A stretch of DNA of 64,000 nucleotides from an uncultured Chloroflexia bacterium (GCA_963728205.1 CAVSIV010000002.1:576001-640000); one strand, 5' to 3'; positions 27,646 through 40,453 are shown, counted from the stretch's first letter. Notes: generated by a model from the letters alone, not told the origin. Numbers and translations: made by a program.

Positions 27646-29171
27646 CCGCGCACGCCTCCCCCCTCGACACGCATGCCGACCGCCCGGGACCGCGCCGCGC
27701 GCTGCCACCGGCTCGCCGTGCTCACCGGGCCGCTCGCGACGGTCGGCGCGGCCTTCACGAGGCTCGCCGCGATGCCGGCCGCCATCAGCGCGGTCCGACT
27801 GCGCGGATCGTCCTGCGGCAATGCCGGCATCTGGAACTGTGCCTCCATCCAACCCGTGCTGAAGTCGCCCGACCGGAAGTCCGGGTGGTCCATCAGCGCG
27901 AGGTGGAACGGCTGGTTCGTCAGCACGCCCACGACGATGAGATCCACGAGAGCGCGCTTCATGCGCAGCACCGCAAGCTCACGCGTCTCGGCCCAGACGA
28001 TGAGCTTCCCGAGCAGCGAGTCGTAGTACACGGGCACGTCGAGACCGTCGAACAGCATCGTGTCGAAGCGCACGCCGGGGCCCATCGGCCACTGCACGAA
28101 CTCGACGAGGCCGACCGACGGCACGAAGTTGTTGTACGCATCCTCGCCGTTGATGCGGCACTCGATCGCCCAGCCGCGCGGCTCGAGCGGACCGGTCTGC
28201 TCCGGAATGCGCTCGCCGGCCGCCACCGCGATCTGCATCGCGACGAGGTCGACGCCGTAGACGAGCTCGGTGACCGGGTGCTCGACCTGGAGCCGCGCGT
28301 TGACCTCGAGAAAGTAGAAGTTGTCGTTGCGATCCACGAGGAACTCGACGGTGCCGGCGTTGCGGTACCCACAGCTGCGTGCCGCCGCGATGGCCGCGTC
28401 GCACAGCCGCTCGCGCAGGGCCGGCGACACCGCGATCGAGGGCGCCTCTTCGAGCAGCTTCTGGTTGCGGCGCTGGATCGAGCACTCGCGCTCGCCGAAG
28501 GCGCGCACGGTACCGTGCGCGTCGGCCATCACCTGGACCTCGATATGGCGCGCGGGCGAGACGTACTTCTCCAGGAAGATCGTCGCGTCGCCGAAGGCGG
28601 AGGCCGCCTCGGCGCCGGACGCCCGCATCGCACCCTCGAGGTCGGCGGTGGACTGCACGAGGCGGATGCCACGGCCGCCGCCACCGGCGGCCGCCTTGAC
28701 CAGCAAGGGGAAGCCGATGCGCTCCGCCTCGCGGCGCGCGGTCGCGAGGTCGCCGGCGTCGATGTCGTTGGCGCCGGGGACGACCGGTACGCCGGCCTCC
28801 TCCATGAGGCGGCGCGCGGACACCTTGTCGCCCATCGCGCGCATGGCAGATGCGGGCGGGCCGATGAAGGTGATGCCGGCCGCGTCGGCGGCATCGGCGA
28901 AGCGCGCGTTCTCGGAGAGGAAGCCGTAGCCGGGGTGGATGGCCTCGGCGCCCGTTTGCTTCGCGGCGTCGATGATCTTCTCGATCACGAGGTACGACTC
29001 GAGCGCCGGGCCTGGCCCGATGCAGACGGCCGCATCGGCGTTCCGCACGTGCATCGCGTTGCGATCCGGTTCGGAGTAGACCGCGACGGTCTCGATGCCC
29101 AGTTCGCGGCAGGTGCGCTGCACGCGCAGCGCGATTTCCCCGCGGTTCGCAATCAGGATGCGCTTGAACAT
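27618..29171 (-). CDS. accC: Biotin carboxylase subunit of acetyl/propionyl-CoA carboxylase
   Basis: ILIANRGEIA, HPGYGFLSEN, GGGGRG, ERECSIQRRNQK, EVNARLQVEHPVTE, YYDSLLGKL. Confidence 0.95.
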   Translation of the reverse strand: MFKRILIANRGEIALRVQRTCRELGIETVAVYSEPDRNAMHVRNADAAVCIGPGPALESYLVIEKIIDAAKQTGAEAIHPGYGFLSENARFADAADAAGITFIGPPASAMRAMGDKVSARRLMEEAGVPVVPGANDIDAGDLATARREAERIGFPLLVKAAAGGGGRGIRLVQSTADLEGAMRASGAEAASAFGDATIFLEKYVSPARHIEVQVMADAHGTVRAFGERECSIQRRNQKLLEEAPSIAVSPALRERLCDAAIAAARSCGYRNAGTVEFLVDRNDNFYFLEVNARLQVEHPVTELVYGVDLVAMQIAVAAGERIPEQTGPLEPRGWAIECRINGEDAYNNFVPSVGLVEFVQWPMGPGVRFDTMLFDGLDVPVYYDSLLGKLIVWAETRELAVLRMKRALVDLIVVGVLTNQPFHLALMDHPDFRSGDFSTGWMEAQFQMPALPQDDPRSRTALMAAGIAASLVKAAPTVASGPVSTASRWQRAARSRAVGMRVEGGGVRGWRRGIVSS

Positions 29172-29348
29172 GCCCGCGTCACCTAGTTCCCGACGACCCT
29201 GCGTCCGACCGCGCGTAAGCCTGACACGAGCCGCAGACACCGGCAAGGGTGACGTCCGCCGACGGAAGGGGCGAAGGGGCGGCGGCCGACGGACGCGAGC
29301 GCGCGGCTGCACGCGCGCCCACCGGCGCCGGCGAACGGCCGTCCCCGC

Positions 29349-29891
29349 CTACTGGGCGATCGCCGCCACGAGCCACTTCCCGTCGACCTGCTTGAGCGTG
29401 ATTGTCCGATGCGGGTTCGCGCTGACCTGCTGGTTTGCGTCGTTCACCTTCTCGAAGGGGATGAGGCCCGCGGAGGCCGCGGCCCCCGCGGCGGCGGCGG
29501 TGTAGTTGAGCTGGACCACGACCGTGGCGGTGTCCCCCTCGGTCTTGGTTGAGACGACCGAGTAGCCGTTGTCGGGCGGGAAGGGGAGCGCCATGAATCC
29601 GTCGTAGACCTTGTCGAGGCGCTGCGAGCTCCCCGCCGTGGTGGCGGTCTGAGCCTTCGTGCGCAGGTCCCCGGTCAGCAGCAGGCGCGTCTGGCCGGCG
29701 GTGATGTCGTCGCGCTGCGGCCCGGAACTGCGCTGCCAGCCGTCGAGCCACTGCTTGGCCACCTCGGCGGCCTTGCCACCGCCGCCGCCACCGCCGCCCC
29801 CACCGCCGCCGCCGCAGGCGGCTACGAACATCGTGCCCAGTGCGAGCAGCGCGACGAGCACACCGGCCAGTGTCAGTCCACGGCGACGCAT
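29349..29891 (-). CDS. Putative lipoprotein with 13-Gly linker and NTF2-like C-terminal domain
   Basis: MRRRG + hydrophobic stretch + VAAC lipobox; G13 run; ends TITLKQVDGKWLV. Confidence 0.75.
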   Translation of the reverse strand: MRRRGLTLAGVLVALLALGTMFVAACGGGGGGGGGGGGGKAAEVAKQWLDGWQRSSGPQRDDITAGQTRLLLTGDLRTKAQTATTAGSSQRLDKVYDGFMALPFPPDNGYSVVSTKTEGDTATVVVQLNYTAAAAGAAASAGLIPFEKVNDANQQVSANPHRTITLKQVDGKWLVAAIAQ

Positions 29892-30024
29892 GCGACGACT
29901 CCATCCACGGGTCCAGTCCCTCAGGCTGCGCGGCACCATATAACAGGCGCGAACAGCCCCGCACCGTCACGCACGGGTGAGAGTCCCGTCTGCGCAGCGC
30001 CGCTCCGGCCGACGCGCCGCCCCG

Positions 30025-31815
30025 CTACGGGGCGGCGTCGACCGGTGCCTGCGTCGTCCGGGAGTCGCGCTCGTCGACGAGGCGATCAGCCAGCTGGAAC
30101 AGCGGCATCGCGCCGAGGTTGTCGCCGGTGCGATCGCGCACCGCAACGGCCTCCGCCTCCGCCTCGCGGTCGCCCACGACGAGCATGTACGGCACGCGCT
30201 GCAGCTGCGCGCGTCGGATCTTGTTGCCCATGCGCTCGTTGGAGTCGTCGATCTCGATGCGCAGCCCGCGCCGCTGCAGCTCGCGCGCGACGTGCGCCGC
30301 GTACTCGACGTGCCGATCGGCGATCGGGATCACCACGGCCTGCACCGGAGCCAGCCACAGGGGGAAGCGGCCCTCCGTGTGCTCGATGTACACCCCGAGG
30401 AAGCGCTCGAGCGATCCGAGGATCGCGCGGTGCAGCATTGCGGGACGGTGCTCGGCGCCGTCGTCGCCGATGTACTTCAGCCCGAAGTTCGTCGGCATGC
30501 CCATGTCGATCTGCAGTGTGCCGAGCTGCCATGACCGGCCCAGCGCGTCACGGAAGTGGAACTCGACCTTCGGCGCGTAGAACGCCGCCTCCCCCGGTGC
30601 GAGCTCGTAGTCCCACCCGGCGCCGCGCACGCGCTCCTCGAGCAGCGCCTCGGCGTGATCCCAGTCCTCCGACGTGCCGATGTAGTGCTCGCCGCGCGTG
30701 GCGATCTTCACCTCAACGTCGCCGAGGCCGAGGTCGCCGTAGATCTCGCGCACCATGTCGAAGACGTGCTCGATCTCCTCGTCCATCTGCTCGGGGGTGC
30801 AGAAGATGTGCGCATCGTCCTGGCTGAACGACCGCACGCGCGTCAGGCCGTGCAGCACGCCGGAGCGCTCGTTGCGGTGCAGCCGCGTGAACTCCGCGAA
30901 GCGCACCGGCAGGTCGCGGTACGAGTGCAGCGACGCGTTGTAGAGCCAGCAGTGGCCCGGGCAGTTCATCGGCTTCACGCCGACCTCCGCCTCGTCGTCC
31001 GCCATCTTGTACATGTCCGGGAAGAGGTCGTAGTGACCCGACGTCTTGAAGATGTCGGTGTTGAAGAGTTGCGGGGTGATTACCTCGCTGTACCCGTACT
31101 TCGGGTAGAGCGAGCGCACGTACTCGACGAGGCCGTTGTAGAGAATCGCGCCCTTGGGGTGGAAGAACGGCGAGCCCGGCGAGATCGGGTCGAGGTGGAA
31201 GAGGTCGAGCTCCCGGCCGAGCCGGCGGTGGTCGCGCTGCTCGGCTTCCTCGCGCGCCTTGAGGTAGGCGTCGAGCTCGCTCTGCGTCGGGAAGAGCGCG
31301 CCGTAGACGCGCTGGAGCATCGGCCGGTGCTCGTCGCCGCGCCAGTAGGCGCCGGCGGTGTGCGTGAGCTTGAACGCGCCGATCTGGCCGGTGCGCTCGG
31401 TGTGGCCGCCGCGGCAGAGGTCCTCGAAGTCGCCGTGCATGAAATGCCCGACCGTCTCGTCCGGGATGTCGTCGATCAGCTCGAGCTTGTACGGCTGGTT
31501 CTTGAAGATCTCGCGTGCGCGGTCCTTCGGGATCCATTCGCCGCGCACGGGAAGGTCGGCGGCGATGCTGCGCCGCATGCGCGCCTCGAGGTGCTCCAGG
31601 TCGTCGGGCGTGAGCGTGCGGGGCAGGTCGAAGTCGTAGTAGAACCCGTTCTCGATCGGCGGGCCGATGGCGTACTTCGCCTCGGGGAACATCTCGAGCA
31701 CGGCCTCGGCCAGCACGTGCGCTGCGGAGTGTCGCATGCGGAAGAGCCGCTCCTCCGGGGACAGCTGATCGAACGGCACGTCGTCGTGGCGCTGCTGCTC
31801 GTCCTGGTCGCTCAT
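30025..31815 (-). CDS. thrS: Threonine--tRNA ligase (short form, no N-terminal TGS domain)
   Basis: RHSAAHVLA, GFYYDF, DLCRGGH, GAYWRG, RDHRRLG, KPMNCPGH, GLTRVRSFSQDDAH, HRAILGSLERF. Confidence 0.98.
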   Translation of the reverse strand: MSDQDEQQRHDDVPFDQLSPEERLFRMRHSAAHVLAEAVLEMFPEAKYAIGPPIENGFYYDFDLPRTLTPDDLEHLEARMRRSIAADLPVRGEWIPKDRAREIFKNQPYKLELIDDIPDETVGHFMHGDFEDLCRGGHTERTGQIGAFKLTHTAGAYWRGDEHRPMLQRVYGALFPTQSELDAYLKAREEAEQRDHRRLGRELDLFHLDPISPGSPFFHPKGAILYNGLVEYVRSLYPKYGYSEVITPQLFNTDIFKTSGHYDLFPDMYKMADDEAEVGVKPMNCPGHCWLYNASLHSYRDLPVRFAEFTRLHRNERSGVLHGLTRVRSFSQDDAHIFCTPEQMDEEIEHVFDMVREIYGDLGLGDVEVKIATRGEHYIGTSEDWDHAEALLEERVRGAGWDYELAPGEAAFYAPKVEFHFRDALGRSWQLGTLQIDMGMPTNFGLKYIGDDGAEHRPAMLHRAILGSLERFLGVYIEHTEGRFPLWLAPVQAVVIPIADRHVEYAAHVARELQRRGLRIEIDDSNERMGNKIRRAQLQRVPYMLVVGDREAEAEAVAVRDRTGDNLGAMPLFQLADRLVDERDSRTTQAPVDAAP

Positions 31816-31852
31816 CGTCCGCTCCTCTGCGCTCGGCCCGGTTCCCGGGAAT

Positions 31853-32097
31853 GCAAAACGCGCCTCCGTCCGTCGGGACGAGAGGCGCGCTCACGTGGTT
31901 CCACCCGAGTTCCTCCGCCCGCCGCGGCGGTGCCGCGCGGGTGGAGCTCGTTGACCCGTAACGGGGGCCGGCCGCCGCGGGTTCGCCCGCGGGCTCGGGG
32001 GTGGTATCGCGGCGGGTCGGCTCCAGGGCTCGCAGCCAGTGGCCCCGGTTCTCTGTCGGCCGTCGCCTCGCCGGGACGTGTCCCCGTCGACGCTCAT
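31853..32097 (-). ncRNA. T-box riboswitch (Thr, specifier ACC) upstream of thrS
   Basis: Minus strand: stem I with AGAGA and GCTGCGAG loop motifs, specifier region GAT-ACC-ACC (ACC at 32005-32003), T-box AACTCGGGTGGAACCACG, terminator GCGCCTCTCGTCC..GGACGGAGGCGC + GTTTT; TACGAT -10 at 32137-32132. Confidence 0.9.
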
Positions 32098-32218
32098 GTC
32101 GCGCCCCCCTCGCGGGAGACGGCAGGGCGCGATCGTACCAGCGCGCACGCGAGACGGCACGCGCAACATCGCGTGCGCGCAGTCATGACATAAAGCTGAA
32201 TGGGGTCTACGCTGCCGA

Positions 32219-32295
32219 TGGTGGGCGGTATTGGATTCGAACCAATGACCTCAGCGATGTCAACGCTGCGCTCTAACCAACTGAGCTAACCGCCC
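32219..32295 (-). tRNA. tRNA-Val(GAC)
   Basis: GGGCGGTTAGCTCAGTTGGTTAGAGCG...CAGCG-TTGACAT-CGCTG...GGTTCGAATCC...CCGCCCACCA; CCA encoded. Confidence 0.97.
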
Positions 32296-32441
32296 GCGGA
32301 CCCGCGTCGCGCGGTTCGGAGGCAAGCCTACCGGGGGCCGCGACGGAGCGCAAAACCGGGATGCGCGGGGTCGGATCGGTGGGCGATCGAGTGGGCGCGC
32401 GGGTGTCAGATCGGGCGGATGGTCCGCGTGTATCCATTTCG

Positions 32442-32470
32442 TTGACACCCGATCGGGCGCTTGCTACCGT
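32442..32470 (+). promoter_or_regulatory. Sigma70-type promoter for tRNA-Lys/Leu
   Basis: TTGACA (32442-32447), 17 nt spacer, TACCGT (32465-32470). Confidence 0.75.
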
Positions 32471-32478
32471 CGCGCGCG

Positions 32479-32553
32479 GGGCCTCTAGCTCAATGGTAGA
32501 GCAGCTGACTCTTAATCAGCCGGTTCGGGGTTCGAGTCCCCGGGGGCTCACCA
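32479..32553 (+). tRNA. tRNA-Lys(CTT)
   Basis: GGGCCTCTAGCTCAATGGTAGAGC, GCTGA-CTCTTAA-TCAGC, GGTTCGAGTCC, ACCA end. Confidence 0.97.
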
Positions 32554-32582
32554 ACACGAACCACCGGGGGTGAGCCCGCCGT

Positions 32583-32667
32583 GGGGAAGTGTCGGAACTG
32601 GCAGACGAGCGTGATTTAGGATCACGTGCCGAGAGGCGTAGGAGTTCGAGTCTCCTCTTCCCCACCA
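32583..32667 (+). tRNA. tRNA-Leu(TAG)
   Basis: GGGGAAG/CTTCCCC acceptor stem, CGTGA-TTTAGGA-TCACG anticodon arm, long variable arm, ACCA end. Confidence 0.96.
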
Positions 32668-32763
32668 GCACCCTCTCGGTGCGGCACGCGACGTCCAGTG
32701 CTGGTCAGCGGTGACGGGGTACGTTCGCACAGGAGTTCACGTCGATCGACGTGAGGGGGGTCC

Positions 32764-33807
<1,044 letters not shown>

Positions 33808-33822
33808 GCAAGGGGAGACACG

Positions 33823-34839
33823 ATGACGACGGACACCGCCCCGGCTCCCCGCGCCACCGCCACACAGCGCGACAACCTCGTCGAGGTGCGCAACCTCAAG
33901 ATGTACTTCCCCGTCACCGCGGGGCTGTTCATCCAGCGCAAGATCGCCGACGTCCGCGCGGTCGACGACGTCTCGTTCGACGTCATGCGCCGCGAGACGC
34001 TCGGACTCGTCGGCGAGTCCGGCTGCGGCAAGTCGACGACCGGTCGCTCGCTGCTGCAGCTCTACCGCCCGACGGCCGGCTCCGTGAACTTCGACGGCAC
34101 CGAGCTCACGAAGCTCAAGGGCTCGAACCTGCGGCGCTTCCGCCGCCGCATGCAGATGATCTTCCAGGACCCGTTCTCGAGCCTGAACCCGCGCATGAGC
34201 GTCGGACAGATCATCGGCGAGCCGATGGCGATTCACGGCCTCTACAAGGGCCAGGCACGCCGCGACCGCATCGAGTACATCATGAACGCGGTGGGCCTCA
34301 ACCCGCTGTTCGCAAAGCGGTACCCGCACGAGTTCTCCGGTGGCCAGCGCCAGCGCATCGGCATCGCCCGCGCGCTCGCGGTCGAGCCCGACTTCATCGT
34401 CTGCGACGAGCCGGTCTCCGCGCTCGACGTCTCGATCCAGGCGCAGATCATCAACCTGCTGGAGGACCTGCAGGATGAGTTCGGCCTGACCTACCTGTTC
34501 ATCGCGCACGACCTCGCCGTCGTGCGGCACATCTCCGACCGCGTGGCGGTGATGTACCTCGGGCACATCATGGAGCTCGCCGACTCGAACGAGCTCTACG
34601 AGAACCCGCTGCACCCGTACACGAAGGCGCTGCTCTCCGCGGTCCCGATCACCGACCCCGAGGTCGAGCGCAAGCGCGAGCGCATCATCCTCACGGGCGA
34701 CGTGCCGTCGCCCCTCCGGCCGCCGCCGGGCTGCGTGTTCAACACGCGCTGCCCAATCGCGGTCGACGAGTGCCGCGAGCGCGTCCCCGAGTTCCGCGAG
34801 GTCGTGCCCATGCACTGGGTGGCCTGCCACCGAGTCTGA
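33823..34839 (+). CDS. oppF: Oligopeptide/dipeptide ABC transporter ATPase (OppF/DppF)
   Basis: [47 protein letters not shown]. Confidence 0.93.
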   Translation: MTTDTAPAPRATATQRDNLVEVRNLKMYFPVTAGLFIQRKIADVRAVDDVSFDVMRRETLGLVGESGCGKSTTGRSLLQLYRPTAGSVNFDGTELTKLKGSNLRRFRRRMQMIFQDPFSSLNPRMSVGQIIGEPMAIHGLYKGQARRDRIEYIMNAVGLNPLFAKRYPHEFSGGQRQRIGIARALAVEPDFIVCDEPVSALDVSIQAQIINLLEDLQDEFGLTYLFIAHDLAVVRHISDRVAVMYLGHIMELADSNELYENPLHPYTKALLSAVPITDPEVERKRERIILTGDVPSPLRPPPGCVFNTRCPIAVDECRERVPEFREVVPMHWVACHRV

Positions 34840-34859
34840 TCCGCACTGCCGGATACAAG

Positions 34860-34889
34860 CGAAGGGCCCGCCTCACGGCGGGCCCTTCG
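34860..34889 (+). terminator. Hairpin downstream of oppF
   Basis: CGAAGGGCCCGCC-TCAC-GGCGGGCCCTTCG, perfect 13-bp stem. Confidence 0.65.
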
Positions 34890-34959
34890 TCTGGGTGGGC
34901 GCCGGCGAGCCCGCACGCGGGGCGTATGCCCCGCGTGCCCGCCCCGATACGATGGACCG

Positions 34960-36777
<1,818 letters not shown>

Positions 36778-36814
36778 CCTCCGTCGCCGCGGCGCTCGCC
36801 GCGGCTCCGCGCGA

Positions 36815-37636
36815 TCAGCCGACGCGCGCCGGTGCCTCGACCCTCGCCGCCGTCGCCATGAAGCGCCGCAGCACGCCGGTGAAGCGCTCCGGAATGATGC
36901 TGTTCGGCGAGTGATCGACCCCGTGGAAGACGTGGAGGTGGCGCACCTCCTTCGGCAGGTCGAGGTAGCAGCGCACCGAGCCCTCGGGCGGAACCGTGTG
37001 ATCGGCATCGCCGAAGCAGACGAGCGTCGGCACCGGCATCGAGCGGATCACCGCCTGCAGGTCCTGCGGCTCCTCGCGCACCCCGCGCATGCGCTGAGGC
37101 GGCACGCGCTGCCAGTCCTGCCACAGCTGCGCGCGCACGTCCGCGTCGAGGCCCACGTGCTCGGCCTCCCAGTACTCGCGGTTGATGTTGCCCGGGTAGC
37201 CCTCGATGTTCTTCAGCCAGGCCGCTTCCTGCTCGGGCGTCATCGTCGCCCGGCCGGCGAGCGCGCCGCCCGCGAGCAGGACGAGCGCGCGTACGCGGTC
37301 GGCGTGATCGCGCACGTAGTTCGTCACGGTGCTCGCGCCCATCGAGTGGCCGACGAGGACGAAGCGCCCGATCCCGAGCCCTTCGAGGGCCGCCGCGAGG
37401 TCGCGCGCGAAATTGGCGGCCGAGTAGTCGGCGGCGTCCGGCGTCACCGCGGAGGCGCCGGCGCCGCGCATGCTGACCGCGACGCTGCGCACGCCGGCGT
37501 CGGCGAGGGTGCGCTGCACGCCGTCCCAGATGCGCGCCGACGAGCGGTAGCCGTGCACCAGCACGACCGGCTCATCGCCGGAGGGGCCGCGCTCGAAGTA
37601 CTCCAGGCTGACGGATCCGGCCGGCACCATCGGCAT
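36815..37636 (-). CDS. Alpha/beta fold hydrolase
   Basis: VLVHG, GHSMG nucleophile elbow, GDADHTV, GVDH. Confidence 0.88.
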   Translation of the reverse strand: MPMVPAGSVSLEYFERGPSGDEPVVLVHGYRSSARIWDGVQRTLADAGVRSVAVSMRGAGASAVTPDAADYSAANFARDLAAALEGLGIGRFVLVGHSMGASTVTNYVRDHADRVRALVLLAGGALAGRATMTPEQEAAWLKNIEGYPGNINREYWEAEHVGLDADVRAQLWQDWQRVPPQRMRGVREEPQDLQAVIRSMPVPTLVCFGDADHTVPPEGSVRCYLDLPKEVRHLHVFHGVDHSPNSIIPERFTGVLRRFMATAARVEAPARVG

Positions 37637-37847
37637 CGTGGAGCTCCTCTGCAGCGTGTGCGAGCGGTGAGTCGGCGGGCGCCGCAGCCCGCTCACGCGG
37701 GGCCGTTCGCCGCCGGACGGCCCGGATTGTAGCGCCTGACCGGCGCGCGCCGACTGCGGCCGCCCACCACGTGGGGTAAGGTGCGCCGTACCGGTGAGGG
37801 GTCACCAGGGCAGCCTGACACAGCCGACGCGCACGGGAAGGACGGGC

Positions 37848-39041
37848 ATGGCCGAGCAGGTCGTGAAGCCGCGCATCCGGGGATTCATCTCGCTCACCGC
37901 GCACCCGGACGGCTGCGCCGCCAACGTGCGCGAGCAGGTGCACACCGTGAAGGCAGCCGGCCTGCCGCGCGGCGAGCTCGGGACCGTGCTCGTGCTCGGG
38001 TCGTCGACGGGCTACGGGCTCGCGAGCACGCTCGTGGCCTGTTTCGGCTACGGAGCGCGCACGCTCGGCGTCTGCTTCGAGCGCGAGCCCGAGGACGACA
38101 AGACCGCCACCGCCGGCTGGTACAACCTCGCGGAGGCGCACCGCCTCGCCCGCGATCAGGGGCTGACGCTTGCCACCATCAATGGCGACGCCTTCTCGCA
38201 GGACGTGAAGGACGCGGTGATCGCGCGCCTGCGTGGCGGCCTCGGTCCCGTCGACATGATTGTCTACTCGCTCGCCGCGCCGCGCCGCGCCAGGCCCGAG
38301 GGCGGTCACTGGAGCAGCGTGCTCAAGCCGATCGGCGAGCCATACACCGGCCTCGGCTTCGACCTGCGCAACGAGCGCGTGACCGAGGCCGGCATCGAGC
38401 CGGCGACGGAGGACGACATCGCCTCGACCGTGAAGGTGATGGGCGGCGAGGACTGGCGCGAGTGGATCGAACAGCTGCGCGACGCCGGGCTGCTCGCGCG
38501 CGGCTGCCGCACGGTCGCGTACTCGTACATCGGCCCCGAGTTCACCGCCGCCATCTATCGCCGCGGCACGATTGGCCGCGCGAAGGAGCACCTCGAGCAC
38601 ACCGCACGCGAGCTCGACGCCCTGATGCACGCGGCGTGCGACGGCGGTGCGTGGGTGAGCATCAACACCGGCGTCGTGACCCAGGCGTCGGCCGCGATCC
38701 CGGCGGTGCCGCTCTACATGAGCATCCTCTTCAAGGTGATGAAGGAGCGGGGGCTCTACGAGACGGCCGTCGACCAGATCGTGCGGCTGTTCCGGGACCA
38801 CGTCGGACCGGGCGCGACGCCGACGGTCGACGACGAGGCTCGCATCCGGCTCGACGACCGCGAGATGCGGCCGGAGATCCAGGAGGCGATCACGGAGTAC
38901 TGGCGGCGTGTCAGCACCGAGAACCTCGCGGAGACGACCGACTACGCCGGCTACAAGCACGACTTCGCGCGGCTCTTCGGGTTCGAGGTGGAAGGCGTGG
39001 ACTACGACGCTCCCACGGAGATCGTGCGCGCGCTGGCGTAG
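37848..39041 (+). CDS. fabV: Enoyl-ACP / trans-2-enoyl-CoA reductase FabV
   Basis: AHPDGC, GSSTGYGLAS, TAGWYN, NGDAFS, YSLAAP, KVMGGEDW, YSYIGP, Y-x8-K (YRRGTIGRAK), LFGFEVEGVDY. Confidence 0.93.
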   Translation: MAEQVVKPRIRGFISLTAHPDGCAANVREQVHTVKAAGLPRGELGTVLVLGSSTGYGLASTLVACFGYGARTLGVCFEREPEDDKTATAGWYNLAEAHRLARDQGLTLATINGDAFSQDVKDAVIARLRGGLGPVDMIVYSLAAPRRARPEGGHWSSVLKPIGEPYTGLGFDLRNERVTEAGIEPATEDDIASTVKVMGGEDWREWIEQLRDAGLLARGCRTVAYSYIGPEFTAAIYRRGTIGRAKEHLEHTARELDALMHAACDGGAWVSINTGVVTQASAAIPAVPLYMSILFKVMKERGLYETAVDQIVRLFRDHVGPGATPTVDDEARIRLDDREMRPEIQEAITEYWRRVSTENLAETTDYAGYKHDFARLFGFEVEGVDYDAPTEIVRALA

Positions 39042-39060
39042 CGGGCCAGCGGACGCGGAC

Positions 39061-40453
39061 TCAGTCGCCGGCGCCCTCGGTGGTCGACTCCACCTGCGTC
39101 GTCGCCGCATCCGCATCCGCATCGTCGGGCACGAGCAGGTCGGTCAGTTCCACGACGCCGTTCGTCTCGAGCAGTCGTCGCCGGATCGCGGCCAGCGTCT
39201 CCTGCGGGAGGCCCTCGAGCGCGGCGACGGCCGCGACGAAGAGCCAGCGCGAGGTGATGAGCGCGTAGCCCGTCGCCTCAGCGGCGACACGGAGCGCGTC
39301 GACGTACTCGCGGGCGCGCTCCTCCGGCTGCTGGAGGCGCTCGCCGTTCGCGACCACGAGGCCACGGACGGGCTCGGCGCGGCGCTCGATCAGCTCGTCG
39401 AGGTGCCGGCGGAGGCGGTAGTGCGGCCCCATCTCAACGGCGCCCCGTGCGCCCTCCGCGACCACGTGCAGCTCGCCCTCGGCGGCCGACAGGACGGTGT
39501 GCCCGTCGCCCGCCTCCTGCACCTCGAAGCCGAGCAGCTCGGCGCAGGCAATCGCGGCGGGGAGCAGGCGATACTCGGCCCCCTCCCAGAGCACATCGCG
39601 CAGCGCGGCACGCGACGCGAGCGCCGCCGCCGCCGTCTCCTCCTCGCCGGTCGCGCGCTCGCGCGCGATGCGGGTCGTATCGGCCGTGCGCTTGAGCGCG
39701 TCGAGGCCGGGAACGTCGGTGTCGATCACCCAGCGCGGGCGGTCTTCGTCGGGCTGGCGCAGCAGCTCGCGCATCGCCTCGACCGTCGCCTCGCCCTCCG
39801 CGGCGACGAGCCACGCGGCGCCGACCTCGCGCGGCGTGGGCATGAAGATCACGCGGCCGTTGAGCACGGGGAAGTCGACGCCGAGCACGCCGCCGCCCGC
39901 GGAGCGCGCGAACACGCGCGGCCGCGCGGCGGCGAAGCCGGGGGCGCGGTCGTCGAGGTAGGCGCGGTAGAGCAGGTCCTGGCGCAGGAGGTCCAGCACG
40001 CGCACGAGCGGATGGTCGTGATCGGCGATGGCCAGCGTGGTGCCCTCGCCTCCGCGCACGGTGGTGGCGTCCCAGGCGAGGCCGGTCGGGGCGGGGAGGA
40101 AGAAGTAGCGGTCGAGCCCCGGCATGCCCTGCACCGCGGTGAGCAGCGCGGGCGGGTGCGCGTAGACGACGACGACCGCGCCGCGCTCGAGCGCGCGCAC
40201 GAACTCCTCGCGGCGGCGGCGGAGCACGTCGGCGATGCCGACGACGCCGTCGACCGAGCTGCCGTTGACGACCGCGAGGTCTGCGAACGTCTGGTATTCG
40301 TCCTCGGCGCGCGCGGCGAGCCGAATCGAGTCGAACACGCCGCCGGCGTCGACGACGATGGCATCGTAATCGAACAGGGTCGGCGCGTTGAAGAATCGAG
40401 TGGTTGTCGACGAGCCGGTGCTGCATGCGATGGCTGAGCGAGAGCACGCGCAC
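39061..40453 (-). CDS. Hypothetical protein (N-terminal alpha/beta domain, coiled coil, C-terminal restriction-endonuclease-like fold), apparent frameshift near 40394
   Basis: GAGGAGG SD before GTG 40453 (MRVLSLSHRMQHRLVDNHSI); removing one T from ATTCTTC joins it to FNAPTLFDYDAIVVD of ORF 39061..40824. Confidence 0.7.

Noticed and set aside
31891-32169. 92-aa ORF upstream of thrS as a leader peptide
   Set aside because: It coincides with the T-box RNA, which explains the region; no Thr-codon run.
32219-32667. tRNA-anchored genomic island
   Set aside because: No integrase, no duplicated tRNA 3' end noticed, and the flanks are core genes with host-like composition.
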